Shown here: piece after piece, positions 52,847-64,000 of the stretch
How the letters are laid out: each line of letters begins with the position of its first letter
How positions within the stretch are numbered: position 1 is the stretch's first letter
DNA from: Candidatus Poribacteria bacterium
GTDB lineage: Bacteria > Poribacteria > WGA-4E > PCPOR2b
Direction: 5' to 3'
Assembly: GCA_965198175.1 (NCBI GenBank)
Contig: OZ240245.1
Location: 1,568,001 to 1,632,000 of the forward strand
Length of the DNA stretch: 64,000 bases
Notes under the pieces: model-generated
The model's database searches: none
What the model saw: the letters and a program-made list of their open reading frames with translations, nothing else
What the model was told of the DNA's origin: nothing
Made by a program: the position numbers and the translations under genes

Positions 52847-53074
52847 CACCCCTACATCGTGTTGAAATAAGGATGGGCTGTCGCTGGGAAGAAACACCTA
52901 ACCACGTGCCCGTAATGAAGACCCTACAGGCTTCTTATTGCTAACACACAAATCTTAATAGGGTATTGGGTTTGCACTGCCTCTCTCAGTCACTATGAGA
53001 ATTGTAGTGCTAATGCTTGTTTGTCTGATTTGGGTGGTATAGCACGACAGTCGACAGACCTATTGGAGAGGTTG

Positions 53075-53386
53075 ATGGACAACCAGAAAATTCGTATTCG
53101 CTTGAAAGCATTCGATCACCGTTTATTAGACCAGTCGGCAGCCCAAATCGCAGAAACCGCGAAGCGATCAGGGGCAGTTGTTTCTGGCCCGATTCCACTT
53201 CCGATTAAGAAACATACTTATACAGTTCAACGATCCACCTTTGTAGATAAGAAATCTCGTGAACAGTTTGAAATGCGAATTCACAAGAGGGTTTTGGATA
53301 TTTTGGAAATAACCCCTAAGACGGTAGATGCCTTAATGCGCTTGGATTTGGCTGCCGGTGTCGACGTTAAAATCATGCTGTTATAG
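53075..53386 (+). CDS. rpsJ: 30S ribosomal protein S10
   Basis: [23 protein letters not shown]. Confidence 0.97.
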   Translation: MDNQKIRIRLKAFDHRLLDQSAAQIAETAKRSGAVVSGPIPLPIKKHTYTVQRSTFVDKKSREQFEMRIHKRVLDILEITPKTVDALMRLDLAAGVDVKIMLL

Positions 53387-53421
53387 GCTAATTTCGTGGC
53401 ACCGGCTTCGGAGATGTGTAA

Positions 53422-54051
53422 ATGAGCGATGGAATATTAGGTAAAAAGATTGGTATGACCCAAGTCTTTGACGAATCCGGCACGGCGATTCCAGTTACGG
53501 TCGTTGAGGCCGGTCCTTGTCCAATCGTGCAAATCAAAACAAAAAAACGAGAAGGATATAATGCAATCCAATTGGGTTTTGGATATCGAAACGAAAAGAA
53601 ATTTAATCGTCCGAGACGTGGTCATTTCAAAAAGGCGAATATTACACCTCTTCGGTATTTAAAAGAGTTTCGCGTCAATACAACCGAAGGGTTATCGGTT
53701 GGGTCAGTTATTGATGCAAGAATTTTTTCAGCGGGTGACGCCGTTGATGTAACGGGAGTCTCCAAAGGGCGTGGATTTACCGGCGTTGTTAAACGATGGG
53801 GTTTTGCCGGTGGAAAGAAAACCCATGGAGGCGAGCAAGATTTAAGACGCGCAGGCTCGATTGGAGCAGGTTCTGATCCTTCACGCGTTTTCAAGGGAAA
53901 GCGTATGCCAGGACGACATGGAGGCAAGCAAGTTACGGTCCAAAATCTAGAAGTCATTGAAGCCGACTCGGAAAGAAATCTGTTAGTTATTAAAGGCGCA
54001 GTCGCCGGTCCGCCGAATGGATTGCTGGTCATCAGAAAAGCGGTTAAATGA
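53422..54051 (+). CDS. rplC: 50S ribosomal protein L3
   Basis: GKKIGMTQVF, SKGRGF.G. Confidence 0.97.
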   Translation: MSDGILGKKIGMTQVFDESGTAIPVTVVEAGPCPIVQIKTKKREGYNAIQLGFGYRNEKKFNRPRRGHFKKANITPLRYLKEFRVNTTEGLSVGSVIDARIFSAGDAVDVTGVSKGRGFTGVVKRWGFAGGKKTHGGEQDLRRAGSIGAGSDPSRVFKGKRMPGRHGGKQVTVQNLEVIEADSERNLLVIKGAVAGPPNGLLVIRKAVK

Positions 54052-54195
54052 GAGATTACCCTGCCGTGAAAGGAAAAGGCGCCAAGGTCGATTTGGGATG
54101 GTTCACAATTCCGCTCACTTGCCTAACCATTTAATGTACCGGAATCAAGACTGAAATTGTGCAACGCATTTTCATTTTTTGTAGAAAGATTAACT

Positions 54196-54864
54196 ATGGC
54201 AGCTTTTGATGTGTATGACCGTTCAGGTGCTATTCTCCGACCGAAGGAACTATCGGATGCATTTGTTAATAAATCTGTAAACAAGGCTGTTATACACCAA
54301 TGCGTCGTTGCATACCTTGCTAATCAACGGAGAGGAACGGCTGCGGCCAAATCACGGTCGGAGGTTCAAGGAAGCAAAAAGAAGCTATATCGCCAAAAAG
54401 GAACCGGGCGAGCTCGCGCTGGCGATAGAAAATCACCGACACGTGTACACGGGGGCGTTGCCTTTGGACCAAAACCGCGGAGCTATCGTCAATATACCCC
54501 AAAAAAAATTCGTAGACGTGGGCTTCACTCAGCTTTGGCGGATAAATTTCAAAATGACAATTGTTTTTTGATGGAGAATTTCACTTTGGAGCATGCCAGA
54601 ACAAAAACGATTGTTGAGCTTTTAGACGCCTTTAAACTTGAAGGTAAAATCCTTTTCGTCGTTGGGGCACAAGAACCCAATATTTATCTGTCTGTGCGGA
54701 ATATTCCTCGAGTGAATAGCTGTACTTGGGACACACTAAATATTTATGATGTGCTTTGGCATGACAAAATCGTCCTCACTGAAAGTGCAGTGGAACAGCT
54801 CGAACGTAAATTCGTAGGAACGCAGGAAGTCGAATCGACACAAAATACTTCAAATGAGGCCTGA
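54196..54864 (+). CDS. rplD: 50S ribosomal protein L4
   Basis: [20 protein letters not shown]. Confidence 0.97.
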   Translation: MAAFDVYDRSGAILRPKELSDAFVNKSVNKAVIHQCVVAYLANQRRGTAAAKSRSEVQGSKKKLYRQKGTGRARAGDRKSPTRVHGGVAFGPKPRSYRQYTPKKIRRRGLHSALADKFQNDNCFLMENFTLEHARTKTIVELLDAFKLEGKILFVVGAQEPNIYLSVRNIPRVNSCTWDTLNIYDVLWHDKIVLTESAVEQLERKFVGTQEVESTQNTSNEA

Positions 54865-54872
54865 GCCAACAA

Positions 54873-55172
54873 ATGAAAGAGCCGTATCAGGTTATTCTAA
54901 AACCGCTGATTACAGAAAAAAGCACGATTCTTCGAGAATCTAATAAGTACGCTTTCGTTGTTGATTCGAAATCGACGAAATCAGAAATTCGTCAGGCTGC
55001 TGAAGAGATTTTCGATCTCAAAGGGAAAATAACTCAGGTGAATACCATGTGTGTTCATGGTAAGCCAAAAGGCAAATTGTTTCGGTACCGGATTGGCAAA
55101 CGCCCTAACTGGAAAAAAGCAATAATCACCATCCAAGAAGGAGTTTCCATCCAGCTTTTCGAAGGTATTTAA
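54873..55172 (+). CDS. rplW: 50S ribosomal protein L23
   Basis: PLITEKS, WKKAI. Confidence 0.96.
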   Translation: MKEPYQVILKPLITEKSTILRESNKYAFVVDSKSTKSEIRQAAEEIFDLKGKITQVNTMCVHGKPKGKLFRYRIGKRPNWKKAIITIQEGVSIQLFEGI

Positions 55173-55250
55173 ATCTGTGACTTCATGGGCTTACGCCTAT
55201 ATTAACGTTTCATCGGAAGTGCCCATTTCAATTCGCAAAAGGAAATCAGC

Positions 55251-56075
55251 ATGGCTGTCAAAACATATTCGCCAGTGACACCGAGTCGCAGATTGATGAC
55301 GGGGCACACTTTTGAGGAAATTACCCGTCCTGAACCAGAAAAATCCTTAGTTAAAGGCAAGAAAAATAATGCAGGACGCAACGCTTTAGGACGAATTACT
55401 GTCCGGAGGCGTGGAGGTGGACACAAGCGGCGATACCGAATCATTGATTTTAAGCGTGATAAGTTTGGAATTCCAGCAAAAGTCGCTTCAATTGAGTACG
55501 ATCCGAATCGATCTGCCCGAGTCGCGCTTCTGCATTATACTGATGGGGAGAAACGATATATCCTTGCTCCCTTAGGGTTGCAGGTCGGTGATATATTAAG
55601 TTCGGGAATAGATGCGGAGATTAAGGTTGGAAATGCTTTAACACTTGATAAAATTCCCCTCGGAACTTCGATACATAACGTAGAAATGATGCCCGGTAAA
55701 GGAGCACAATTGGTGCGAAGCGCGGGCGTTGCTGCCCAACTGATTGATCGGGAAGGCAAATATGCACGGATTCGCCTGCCATCCAGCGAGGTTCGCTTAG
55801 TTTTTGTAAACTGTATGGCTACCATTGGGCAAATTGGCAATGTAGACTATGCAAATATCTCCATCGGTAAGGCGGGGCGATCCCGATGGTTAAGGCGTCG
55901 GCCAAAAGTTCGTGGCGTCGCAATGAATCCCATTGACCACCCTCATGGCGGCGGTGAAGGAAAGAGTTCTGGCGGTAGGCACCCCGTAACACCTTCGGGA
56001 GTTCCGACAAAGGGGTACAAAACACGGAATCCTAAGAAGAAATCGAGTCGATATATTTCAAGTCGGCGGAAGTAG
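55251..56075 (+). CDS. rplB: 50S ribosomal protein L2
   Basis: [21 protein letters not shown]. Confidence 0.98.
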   Translation: MAVKTYSPVTPSRRLMTGHTFEEITRPEPEKSLVKGKKNNAGRNALGRITVRRRGGGHKRRYRIIDFKRDKFGIPAKVASIEYDPNRSARVALLHYTDGEKRYILAPLGLQVGDILSSGIDAEIKVGNALTLDKIPLGTSIHNVEMMPGKGAQLVRSAGVAAQLIDREGKYARIRLPSSEVRLVFVNCMATIGQIGNVDYANISIGKAGRSRWLRRRPKVRGVAMNPIDHPHGGGEGKSSGGRHPVTPSGVPTKGYKTRNPKKKSSRYISSRRK

Positions 56076-56154
56076 CTACTATCTGTAACCTATCGTCAAT
56101 TGCACGAAAGCAAAACGTTCAAAAAAAATATATTAGACTGAAGAGGAGAGGTTG

Positions 56155-56427
56155 ATGCCGCGCTCTGTGAAGAAAGGGGCTTATATTGAACCCCAGCTTC
56201 AGAAGAAAATTGAAGCCATGAATAGATCCGGTACCAAGCGTGTTATTCGCACCTGGTCGCGTCGTTCGATGATTACGCCGGAATTGATAGGGCATACCCT
56301 CGCTATCCACAACGGGAAGAAGTTTTTCCCGGTTTATATTTCGGAGAATATGGTAGGGCATAAATTGGGTGAATTCGCACCCACGCGGACATTTCGATCG
56401 CATTCTGGTGGAAGAAAAGCCATTTAA
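56155..56427 (+). CDS. rpsS: 30S ribosomal protein S19
   Basis: [17 protein letters not shown]. Confidence 0.97.
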   Translation: MPRSVKKGAYIEPQLQKKIEAMNRSGTKRVIRTWSRRSMITPELIGHTLAIHNGKKFFPVYISENMVGHKLGEFAPTRTFRSHSGGRKAI

Positions 56428-56455
56428 CATTTAATGGGGTAAGGAGAGTTATTAG

Positions 56456-56809
56456 ATGGGAGCGAAAGCACGAACTCGAAATGTGCCTGTTGCGCCTCGC
56501 AAAGCGCGTTTAGTTGCCGATTTGGTTAGAGGTCGGTATGTCGAAGATGCGTTAAATCAATTAACAGTTACACACAAAGCCATTTCACCGATAATTCGCA
56601 AACTAATTCAATCTGCGGTGGCGAACGCACAATATCAGGATGCTAATATTGATGAAAGCAATCTTTATATTAAAACAATTTTCGTTGATGAGGGGATGAC
56701 CCGAAGGTGGTTCCGTCCAAGATCGCGAGGTATAGCGAATCGGATTTTGCATCGAAGATCTCATATTACCGTCGTGTTAGGTGAAGAAAGGGAGGGAGAT
56801 GAAGATTGA
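56456..56809 (+). CDS. rplV: 50S ribosomal protein L22
   Basis: PRKARLVAD, SAVANA, SHITV. Confidence 0.97.
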   Translation: MGAKARTRNVPVAPRKARLVADLVRGRYVEDALNQLTVTHKAISPIIRKLIQSAVANAQYQDANIDESNLYIKTIFVDEGMTRRWFRPRSRGIANRILHRRSHITVVLGEEREGDED

Positions 56810-56903
56810 GAATTTGATGAATCCTCAAAATGAATTGATGGATATTCTTTCCCCTCGTCTGCCTAGAAGTTTCCGCACCAATAAATTTTGTGAGGAGGTC
56901 TGA

Positions 56904-57698
56904 TTGGGACAGAAAACGCATCCACGGGGGCTTCGATTGGGAATCACTGAAACCTGGGATTCTAGATGGTACAATGAAAAAGAGTATGCCCAATGGCTCC
57001 ATGAAGATTTAAAGATTCAGAACTTCGTTAAGGAGCGGTTGTCACGCGCAGGTATTTCACGTATTGAAATCGAGAGAGTTGGAGATAAATGTAGCATTAA
57101 TGTCCACACAGCACGCCCTGGTATCGTGATTGGGCGGCGTGGGGCAGAAGCTGAGAAATTACAGGCAGATGTGGCACAACTTGTCGGACGTACAATCCGA
57201 ATTAATGTGACGGAAATTAAGCAGCCTGAACTTGATGCACAACTTGTAGCTGAAGCGGTTGCGCTACAAATTGAGCGGAGAGCGAATTTCAGACAAGCGA
57301 TGAAAAAAACGATTGCCTCCTCAATGAGAGCCGGTGCACAAGGTGTTAAGATAGTTATTGGTGGTCGCCTTGGTGGTCATGAGATGGCACGATCGGAATC
57401 AAATAATGATGGGCGCGTTCCGCTGCACACGTTGAGGGCAAATATTGACTATGGGTTCACGGAAGCAAATACAACCTATGGCAAGATTGGGGTCAAGACA
57501 TGGATTTTCAAGGGGGAGATTATCGGAAAACTTGGTGTTCCGGACACAACATCGCCCCCAGGTCGCGTAGCAAAGGTTCCCCCAGACCAGACCACATCAA
57601 GAAAGCCGTCACGACGCGCTCATGATAGATTAGAAGGTCAAACCCGGCGGCGTGGCTCTCGTCGTGGGAGATCAAGTGAGCCACGGCCTAAATCTTGA
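56904..57698 (+). CDS. rpsC: 30S ribosomal protein S3
   Basis: [21 protein letters not shown]. Confidence 0.97.
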   Translation: MGQKTHPRGLRLGITETWDSRWYNEKEYAQWLHEDLKIQNFVKERLSRAGISRIEIERVGDKCSINVHTARPGIVIGRRGAEAEKLQADVAQLVGRTIRINVTEIKQPELDAQLVAEAVALQIERRANFRQAMKKTIASSMRAGAQGVKIVIGGRLGGHEMARSESNNDGRVPLHTLRANIDYGFTEANTTYGKIGVKTWIFKGEIIGKLGVPDTTSPPGRVAKVPPDQTTSRKPSRRAHDRLEGQTRRRGSRRGRSSEPRPKS

Positions 57699-57809
57699 GA
57701 TGTTATGTGATGAATCATCGTACTTCAATAATGGTATTTCTCTTAATTGTTTGGTTTACCGCTGTTGGTGTGAAGTAGACGCGAAAGAAGTATTAGGGAG
57801 TTATGTGAA

Positions 57810-58223
57810 ATGTTGATGCCAAAACGTGTATTGCACAGGAAGGTGCAGCGAGGGAAGCGTCGTGGAAAACCCTATCGAGGTTCCCGAATAAATTTTGGTG
57901 AGTTCGGCTTGCAAGCAGTTGAGTGTGGTTGGATTACAAGTCGTCAAATAGAGGCTGCGCGTGTTGCGATGACCCGGTATGTACGACGCGGTGGAAAAGT
58001 CTGGATTAAAATTTTTCCGCACAAGCCTATCAGTAAGAAACCCGCCGAAACGAGAATGGGAAGCGGAAAAGGACCGCCCGAATTTTGGGTGGCAGTTGTC
58101 AAATCGGGACGAGTCCTGTACGAATTGAGTGGTGTCGCTGAGGCAGAAGCAAGGGAGGCGATGCGAAGAGCCGCCCACAAGTTGCCCATCAAAACAAAAT
58201 TTGTCAGTCGATCTGGAGTATAA
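57810..58223 (+). CDS. rplP: 50S ribosomal protein L16
   Basis: QIEAAR, RMGSGKG. Confidence 0.97.
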   Translation: MLMPKRVLHRKVQRGKRRGKPYRGSRINFGEFGLQAVECGWITSRQIEAARVAMTRYVRRGGKVWIKIFPHKPISKKPAETRMGSGKGPPEFWVAVVKSGRVLYELSGVAEAEAREAMRRAAHKLPIKTKFVSRSGV

Positions 58224-58230
58224 TAAATCA

Positions 58231-58437
58231 ATGACTGCTGCAGAACTTCGTAGTAAATCAGCAGAAGAGTTAAAAAACGAACTAAGTAATCTCAAAGAAG
58301 CGCTATTTAATCTGAAATTTCGAGCGATGCTTGGCCAACTTGAGGATACTTCTCAGTTCAAAAAGGTCAAAATAGATATCGCGCGGATTCACACAATTCT
58401 ACGGGCACGTGAACTCGAAATTGAAAATTCACCATAG
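58231..58437 (+). CDS. rpmC: 50S ribosomal protein L29
   Basis: ELR..S.EEL, LFNLKF, DIARIHTIL. Confidence 0.95.
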   Translation: MTAAELRSKSAEELKNELSNLKEALFNLKFRAMLGQLEDTSQFKKVKIDIARIHTILRARELEIENSP

Positions 58438-58455
58438 GTTTAAGAGAGGACGAAC

Positions 58456-58731
58456 TTGAGTCGAAAGAATCGAGGTAGACGCAAACTTCGCACGGGTGTT
58501 GTGACCAGCGATGCAATGGACAAGACGATTGCGGTCACAATCACCCGGACTTATCAGCATCCATTTTATAAGAAGGTTTTGAGAAAAACAACAGGAGTCC
58601 TAGCTCACGATGAGCAGAATGCGTGTCGAGTAGGCGACCTTGTTCAGGTGGTTGAAACGCGTCCGATCAGTCGCCGAAAAAGATGGAAATTTCGTCAGAT
58701 TGTTTCAAAAGTTGAGCCTGGCAACGACTAA
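58456..58731 (+). CDS. rpsQ: 30S ribosomal protein S17
   Basis: MDKTI, AHDE, ETRPIS..KRW. Confidence 0.96.
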   Translation: MSRKNRGRRKLRTGVVTSDAMDKTIAVTITRTYQHPFYKKVLRKTTGVLAHDEQNACRVGDLVQVVETRPISRRKRWKFRQIVSKVEPGND

Positions 58732-58773
58732 GCCAAATACACAGATGCCAGAAATACCAGAAAGGGACCGATA

Positions 58774-59142
58774 ATGATTCAATCCTACAGCCGTTTAATC
58801 TGTGCTGATAATACAGGTGTGAAGCGGCTCATGTGTATTCGAGTGCTTGGTGGCAGCCGAAAACGGTATGGGCGACTAGGAGATGTAATTGTCGCAAGTG
58901 TGAAAGAAGCAAGTCCAAATAGCCAGGTAAAAAAGGGAGAGATTGTCCGAGCCGTTATTGTACGCACAGTCAAGGAGTACCGTCGATTGGATGGGTCCTA
59001 CATCAAGTTCGATAAGAATGCAGCCGTTTTAATTGATGCCCAAAATCAGCCTCGAGGAACACGTATCTTTGGTCCCGTCGCTCGTGAACTCAGAGATAAG
59101 GCGTTCACACGAATCATCTCTCTAGCCCCCGAAGTTATTTAG
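58774..59142 (+). CDS. rplN: 50S ribosomal protein L14
   Basis: [18 protein letters not shown]. Confidence 0.98.
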   Translation: MIQSYSRLICADNTGVKRLMCIRVLGGSRKRYGRLGDVIVASVKEASPNSQVKKGEIVRAVIVRTVKEYRRLDGSYIKFDKNAAVLIDAQNQPRGTRIFGPVARELRDKAFTRIISLAPEVI

Positions 59143-59172
59143 ACAGTCATTTCTGTTCTTTAGGAGGTACCC

Positions 59173-59523
59173 GTGTCACAGGAAAAATTACATGTCAGAA
59201 AAGACGATCTCGTGGTGGTCTTGAGTGGAAAAGATGCAGGCAAGAGAGGGATTGTTCTTGAGACTTTACACAGTAAAAATCGTGCTGTTGTTGAAGGCAT
59301 CCACATGGCAACGATGCACCTCCGTCCCAATCCACAAGGGCAAGGTGGGATTGTTGAGAAAGAAGGTACTATTCACATCTCCAACCTGAAGTTAATCTGT
59401 CCAAAATGTAACCAACCAACGCGCACGATACGCCAGGTTTTTGAGAAGGAAATCGGCGGTCGAACGAAGAAACGCCGTTTGCGCATATGTAAAAAATGTG
59501 GTGAAGTAGCAGATCATGATTAG
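59173..59523 (+). CDS. rplX: 50S ribosomal protein L24
   Basis: SGKDAGKRG, IHISN. Confidence 0.96.
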   Translation: MSQEKLHVRKDDLVVVLSGKDAGKRGIVLETLHSKNRAVVEGIHMATMHLRPNPQGQGGIVEKEGTIHISNLKLICPKCNQPTRTIRQVFEKEIGGRTKKRRLRICKKCGEVADHD

Positions 59524-59582
59524 TTCCAAACACACATTAATTGCCTATCTCCATATAATTTTAACGTCGCGAGTAAAGATTG

Positions 59583-60122
59583 ATGAGTCCATTTAGGTCG
59601 TTTTATAAAGAAGAGGTTGCGCCTGCGTTACAACGACGTTTTGACTATTCAAATATCATGCAGGTTCCAAAACTTGAAAAAATTGCTCTGAATATAGGAG
59701 TTGGCGCAGCAACGCAGAATCCTAAATTGTTAGAGAATGCTATCGAAGAACTGACGCTTATAGCAGGTCAACGTGCAGTTATTACGCGAGCCAAAAAATC
59801 TGTGTCAGCTTTCAAAGTTCGCGAGGATATGGCTATCGGTTGTAAAATCACTCTGCGGCGGGACGGGATGTATGAGTTCTTCAATCGGCTCGTTAACGCT
59901 GTATTGCCACAGATTCGAGATTTTCGTGGGCTTTCTCCGAATTCATTCGATGGGCGTGGAAACTATTCGCTAGGTCTCCATGAACAGGTTATTTTTCCTG
60001 AGATCGACTACGATCGCGTGAGCGAAGTCCGAGGATTAAATATTTCCATTGTTACGACGGCCTCAACAGATGAAGAGGGACGTGAATTCTTACGTCTCCT
60101 GGGTATGCCATTTAGAGAATGA
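59583..60122 (+). CDS. rplE: 50S ribosomal protein L5
   Basis: IRDFRGL, FDGRGNY, FPEI. Confidence 0.97.
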   Translation: MSPFRSFYKEEVAPALQRRFDYSNIMQVPKLEKIALNIGVGAATQNPKLLENAIEELTLIAGQRAVITRAKKSVSAFKVREDMAIGCKITLRRDGMYEFFNRLVNAVLPQIRDFRGLSPNSFDGRGNYSLGLHEQVIFPEIDYDRVSEVRGLNISIVTTASTDEEGREFLRLLGMPFRE

Positions 60123-60167
60123 TTTGTGTGCTCTGTCCCGGAAATAGCAGAAGAAAGGAGGTTGGGG

Positions 60168-60353
60168 TTGGCAACAAAAGCACTCATCGCCAAGCAGAAA
60201 AGAAAACCTAAGTTTCGGACGCGGAAGTACAATCGATGCCGTCTCTGTGGACGTTCTCGAGGGTTCCTGCGCCAGTTTGAATGTTGCCGAATTTGCTTCC
60301 GACTACTAGCTAGGGCCGGTAAGATTCCCGGTGTGAGAAAGGCAAGCTGGTAA
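60168..60353 (+). CDS. rpsN: 30S ribosomal protein S14 (zinc-binding type Z)
   Basis: RCRLCGR...CRICFR; TTG start after AGGAGG. Confidence 0.95.
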   Translation: MATKALIAKQKRKPKFRTRKYNRCRLCGRSRGFLRQFECCRICFRLLARAGKIPGVRKASW

Positions 60354-60368
60354 AGGAGAAGAAAACTA

Positions 60369-60767
60369 ATGTCAATGACAGATCCAATTGCGGACATGTT
60401 AACTCGCATCCGTAACTCGAATACGGTCCGGCATGACCGTGTTGAAATACCCGCATCGAAACTCAAGTTGGAAATCGCCCGTATCCTACACGAAGAAGGA
60501 TTTCTTCGCAACTATCGCTTAATTGACGACCGTAAACAAGGTATCCTGAGAATTTATTTGAAGTATGGGGAACGTCAAGAGAAGGTCATTACCGGAATTA
60601 AGCGGATCAGCAAACCAGGAAGGCGCGTCTATGTGAATGCGACTGACCTACCTCGGGTGTATGGAGATTTGGGGATTGCGATACTTTCGACCTCTCAAGG
60701 TGTGAAGACTGCATTTGAATGTAGGCGAATCAACATCGGGGGTGAAGTCCTCTGTTATGTTTGGTAA
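60369..60767 (+). CDS. rpsH: 30S ribosomal protein S8
   Basis: [20 protein letters not shown]. Confidence 0.98.
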   Translation: MSMTDPIADMLTRIRNSNTVRHDRVEIPASKLKLEIARILHEEGFLRNYRLIDDRKQGILRIYLKYGERQEKVITGIKRISKPGRRVYVNATDLPRVYGDLGIAILSTSQGVKTAFECRRINIGGEVLCYVW

Positions 60768-60799
60768 TTTTGAGTTTTTGAACTTCGGAGATGAAGGCA

Positions 60800-61366
60800 A
60801 TGTCACGAATAGGACGAATGGCCATTGAGGTCCCTGCGAAAGTGAAAGTGGTTCTAGACCAAAGGAATATCACTGTTGAGGGGCCAAAGGGAAATCTAAA
60901 TTGGAAAATACCTGAAAACATAGAGGTGAATTTAGTGGATGGTGTAATTGCGGTTGACCGGCCCAGTAATCAAAAGCTACATCGTTCTCTACATGGACTA
61001 ACGCGAAGCCTAATTGCAAATATGGTGACGGGCGTAAGCGAGGGCTTTGAAAAAGGACTTCGTGCCGTAGGGACAGGATATCGGGCGGAAATAGATCGGC
61101 AGAATCGTCTGGTCTTAAATGTTGGATATTCTCACCCTGTTGTTTATTCTCCGCCTGATGGTGTTACTTTGAGTGTCGGTAGTCCTGAAAACGTTGACGG
61201 ACAACCCCATATCCCCATCACGGTAAATGGCATTGACAAGCAACTTGTGGGACAGGTTGCCGCATCAATTCGTCAGATTAAAAAACCTGAAGTCTATGAA
61301 CCGTGTAAAGGTATCCGCTATGAAGGTGAACATGTCCGTATGAAAGAGGGGAAAGCGAGGGCGTAA
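60800..61366 (+). CDS. rplF: 50S ribosomal protein L6
   Basis: MSRIG, GPKG, GYSHP. Confidence 0.97.
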   Translation: MSRIGRMAIEVPAKVKVVLDQRNITVEGPKGNLNWKIPENIEVNLVDGVIAVDRPSNQKLHRSLHGLTRSLIANMVTGVSEGFEKGLRAVGTGYRAEIDRQNRLVLNVGYSHPVVYSPPDGVTLSVGSPENVDGQPHIPITVNGIDKQLVGQVAASIRQIKKPEVYEPCKGIRYEGEHVRMKEGKARA

Positions 61367-61392
61367 CCCCGAAGACATTGTGGAGGATAGTG

Positions 61393-61761
61393 TTGGATCG
61401 AATAAGAAAGAAGTATATGGCTCGGAAGATGCGAAAAAAGCGCGTCAGAAAGAAGGTTGTCGGTATTAGTGAAAGGCCAAGGCTTGCCGTCTTCAAAAGT
61501 CTCAAGCACATTTACACACAGATAATTGATGATGAAAAAGGAATCACACTTGTTGCAGCATCAACCCTATCACCAGAATTAACAAATAGCTTGTCTACGG
61601 CAGGCAATATTGATGCAGCTCGTAAAGTTGGGCAATTAATTGCGAGCAAAGCGAAAGAGCGCCAAATTGAATCCGTTGTGTTCGATCGGGGTGGATACCC
61701 CTATCATGGAAGGGTTCAAGGGCTTGCAGAAGCTGCTAGAGAAGGTGGATTAAAGTTTTAA
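61393..61761 (+). CDS. rplR: 50S ribosomal protein L18 (start uncertain)
   Basis: [21 protein letters not shown]. Confidence 0.96.
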   Translation: MDRIRKKYMARKMRKKRVRKKVVGISERPRLAVFKSLKHIYTQIIDDEKGITLVAASTLSPELTNSLSTAGNIDAARKVGQLIASKAKERQIESVVFDRGGYPYHGRVQGLAEAAREGGLKF

Positions 61762-61787
61762 AGATTTCATTGTGGAGGTATACTTCT

Positions 61788-62294
61788 TTGTTGAAGGAAA
61801 AAATTAACCCAGATGAGTTTGAATTTGAGGAACGTCCAATTGACATTAACCGTGTAATGCGGGTCCGTAAGGGCGGCAGAACACCAAGTTTCAATGCGCT
61901 TTCAGCTGTTGGGAATCGTGACGGTATCGTTGGCATCGGATTTGGCAGCGCCAATGAAATTCCATCGGCAATCAGCAAAAGTATAGCTGATGCCAAGAAA
62001 AACCTAATCCGTGTGCCGCTATCGGGAAGTACGATTCCACACGAAATTGTCGGTAAATTTAAAGCGGCTAAAGTCCTACTGAAACCCGCAAGCCCCGGTA
62101 CGGGAATTATTGCTGGGCTTGCAACACGTATAATTCTGGAGTTTGCTGGCGTCCAAGATATATTGACCAAAAGACTAGGTTCTAGAAATGCAAAAAATAT
62201 AGCAGAAGCAACCATGCAAGCACTAAGAGACCTAAAGGATATTGAGGAAGTTGCTCACCTTCGTGGTAAAACTATTGAAGAACTTCAAAGTTAA
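61788..62294 (+). CDS. rpsE: 30S ribosomal protein S5 (start uncertain)
   Basis: KGGR, TIPHE, PASPGTGIIAG. Confidence 0.96.
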   Translation: MLKEKINPDEFEFEERPIDINRVMRVRKGGRTPSFNALSAVGNRDGIVGIGFGSANEIPSAISKSIADAKKNLIRVPLSGSTIPHEIVGKFKAAKVLLKPASPGTGIIAGLATRIILEFAGVQDILTKRLGSRNAKNIAEATMQALRDLKDIEEVAHLRGKTIEELQS

Positions 62295-62321
62295 TTGGGA
62301 ATTCACTAGGACAAAATACTG

Positions 62322-62774
62322 ATGAAATTAAACGATCTCAAACCAGCAAAAAACTCAAGACGTCCAAGAAAACGGGTTGGACGCGGGAATGCTTCAGGTT
62401 GGGGAAAGACCTGCGGAAGGGGACATAAGGGGCAAAAATCAAGATCCGGTGGGTCTATTCCGGACTGGTTCGAAGGAGGTCAAATGCCTCTTGTAAGGCG
62501 GCTTCCCAAGCGTGGTCCGAGAAAAGTGGCGCATAAACACATCACGTATGATGTTGTTAATGTTGAAACCCTAAATCGTTTTGAAAGTGGGAGGACAATC
62601 ACACTAGAGGTTCTGCGAGAAGCGAGAATTATAAGCAGCAAAAATGCCAGAGTAAAAATTCTGGGGACGGGAAATCTTGAAAAGCAATTAACGGTACAGA
62701 GCCATAAATTTTCAAAGTCTGCAATTGAGAAAATAGAGTCGATAGGTGGTAAAATCGAGGTAATGCGACAATGA
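62322..62774 (+). CDS. rplO: 50S ribosomal protein L15
   Basis: GRGHKGQKSRSG, FEGGQMPL. Confidence 0.97.
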   Translation: MKLNDLKPAKNSRRPRKRVGRGNASGWGKTCGRGHKGQKSRSGGSIPDWFEGGQMPLVRRLPKRGPRKVAHKHITYDVVNVETLNRFESGRTITLEVLREARIISSKNARVKILGTGNLEKQLTVQSHKFSKSAIEKIESIGGKIEVMRQ

Positions 62775-64000
62775 TTAAGGCTTTTCAAAACGCTTTGAAA
62801 ATTCCGGAATTACGCAAGCGACTGTTTTTCACGGCAATGTTGTTAATTGTTTATCGATTGGGTGCTCACATTACCCTGCCCGGGATTGATGATGCGGCAC
62901 TGAAAGATTTCTTTGAAGCGTTAAAGGAACGCACAGGTGGAATGATTGGACTCGTAGATCTGTTTTCCGGGGGTGCGTTCGCCCAAATGACCATATTTGC
63001 ACTTGGTATTCAGCCGTACATCAGCTCTATGATTATCATGCAGCTTCTCACTGTAGTTATTCCCTCACTTGAGAAGCTTTCTAAAGAACCGGATGGACGT
63101 AAAAAGATTACGCAATATACGCGTTACGGAACCGTCATTCTGAGCCTTGTTCAAGGACTCACAATTAGCTTTATATTGCTCAACCCCGGAGCTATTGTCG
63201 GTTTAGATAGAACAATCGTAACGAATCCGGGTTGGATGTTCCATTTCGTGACTGTCATTACCCTGATGGCAGGTACAGCTTTTGTTATGTGGCTTGGTGA
63301 GCAGATTACAGAGCGGGGGATTGGGCAAGGCATTTCGCTAATCATTACGATTGGCATCCTGGCAGGCATGCCGGGCGGAGCAAGTACGTTATTCGATCGT
63401 CTATTTAGCGATCCAAGATTTGGACTGCCTCAACTAGCTATATTCTTGGTTTTAGCTATCATAGCCATCATGGGAACAGTCTATATTCAACTGGCCGTTC
63501 GTAAGATTCCCGTTCAGTATGCGCGGCGAGTGGTTGGACGTAAGGTATTCGGAGGTCAAACAACGCATTTACCCCTTCGTGTCAACGCTGCCGGTATGAT
63601 TCCGATTATTTTCGCCGTGACGCTGATCCAATTTCCTTCGACCGCTTTGGGTTTTCTGCCGCAAACATGGGGCTGGGTTGACGACGTGGGACGCGTTTTC
63701 AGTTCAGGAAGCCCCTTATATATGATTACCTATGCACTTCTGATTGTGGGTTTCACCTTTTTCTACACCGCTGTCCAGATAAATCCGGTTCAGATGGCTG
63801 AAGATTTGAAAAAATACGGTGGATTTATTCCAGGGATTCGTCCGGGGAAGCGGACAGCGGAGTATGTAAACGACACTTTAACTAGGATTACTTTGCCGGG
63901 CGCGCTCTTTCTTGCAGGCATTGCTGTTATTCCGATTATTTTCCAGTCGGGGCTCGGTGTTGGAACATTGATTGAAGGTGCCTCAATCTTGATTGTTGTA
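62771..64000 (+). CDS. secY: Preprotein translocase SecY, 3'-truncated by window edge
   Basis: Manual translation MIKAFQNALKIPELRKR...IFALGIQPYI...WLGEQITERGIG...GFIPGIRPG. Confidence 0.97.
   Translation, partial: MIKAFQNALKIPELRKRLFFTAMLLIVYRLGAHITLPGIDDAALKDFFEALKERTGGMIGLVDLFSGGAFAQMTIFALGIQPYISSMIIMQLLTVVIPSLEKLSKEPDGRKKITQYTRYGTVILSLVQGLTISFILLNPGAIVGLDRTIVTNPGWMFHFVTVITLMAGTAFVMWLGEQITERGIGQGISLIITIGILAGMPGGASTLFDRLFSDPRFGLPQLAIFLVLAIIAIMGTVYIQLAVRKIPVQYARRVVGRKVFGGQTTHLPLRVNAAGMIPIIFAVTLIQFPSTALGFLPQTWGWVDDVGRVFSSGSPLYMITYALLIVGFTFFYTAVQINPVQMAEDLKKYGGFIPGIRPGKRTAEYVNDTLTRITLPGALFLAGIAVIPIIFQSGLGVGTLIEGASILIVV

Noticed and set aside
52847..53074. Hairpins in the tuf-rpsJ spacer as an S10 leader
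   Set aside because: Only modest pairing (GCACTGC/GTAGTGC, TCTCA/TGAGA); cannot be supported without an alignment
59395..59505. CxxC...CxxC in L24 and the basic tail of S3
   Set aside because: Common variants in many bacterial lineages

Overview
Bacterial genomic window, very likely Candidatus Poribacteria. The 16S gene contains the sequences I recall as the Poribacteria-specific 389f/1130r primer sites, and the gene content fits. From left to right: (1) a cluster of secreted LamG-like paralogs with a shared C-terminal motif, a large membrane protein, a glycoside hydrolase, an amidohydrolase, a decayed TIM-barrel gene and folK; (2) a complete minus-strand rRNA operon (16S, tRNA-Ile, tRNA-Ala, 23S, 5S); (3) an accessory stretch with an internally deleted IS5-family element, a beta-helix protein, a broken class II glutamine amidotransferase, a PRTase+DprA pair (ShosTA-like defence candidate), a J-domain protein and two oxidoreductases; (4) a dppA...dppBC peptide ABC cluster split by about 8.4 kb holding REP elements, a RAYT pseudogene and a frameshifted giant metzincin-WD40-LRR-Big protein; (5) a TauE exporter, a peptidase-LVIVD protein, a J-domain protein with 15 shuffled near-identical 102-bp TPR units, and a beta-clamp-like/TM/DUF4159-like fusion; (6) the str/S10/spc ribosomal protein cluster from rpsL to secY, with no rpmD. 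No CRISPR array was seen. All family calls come from motif recognition by eye, not from database searches.
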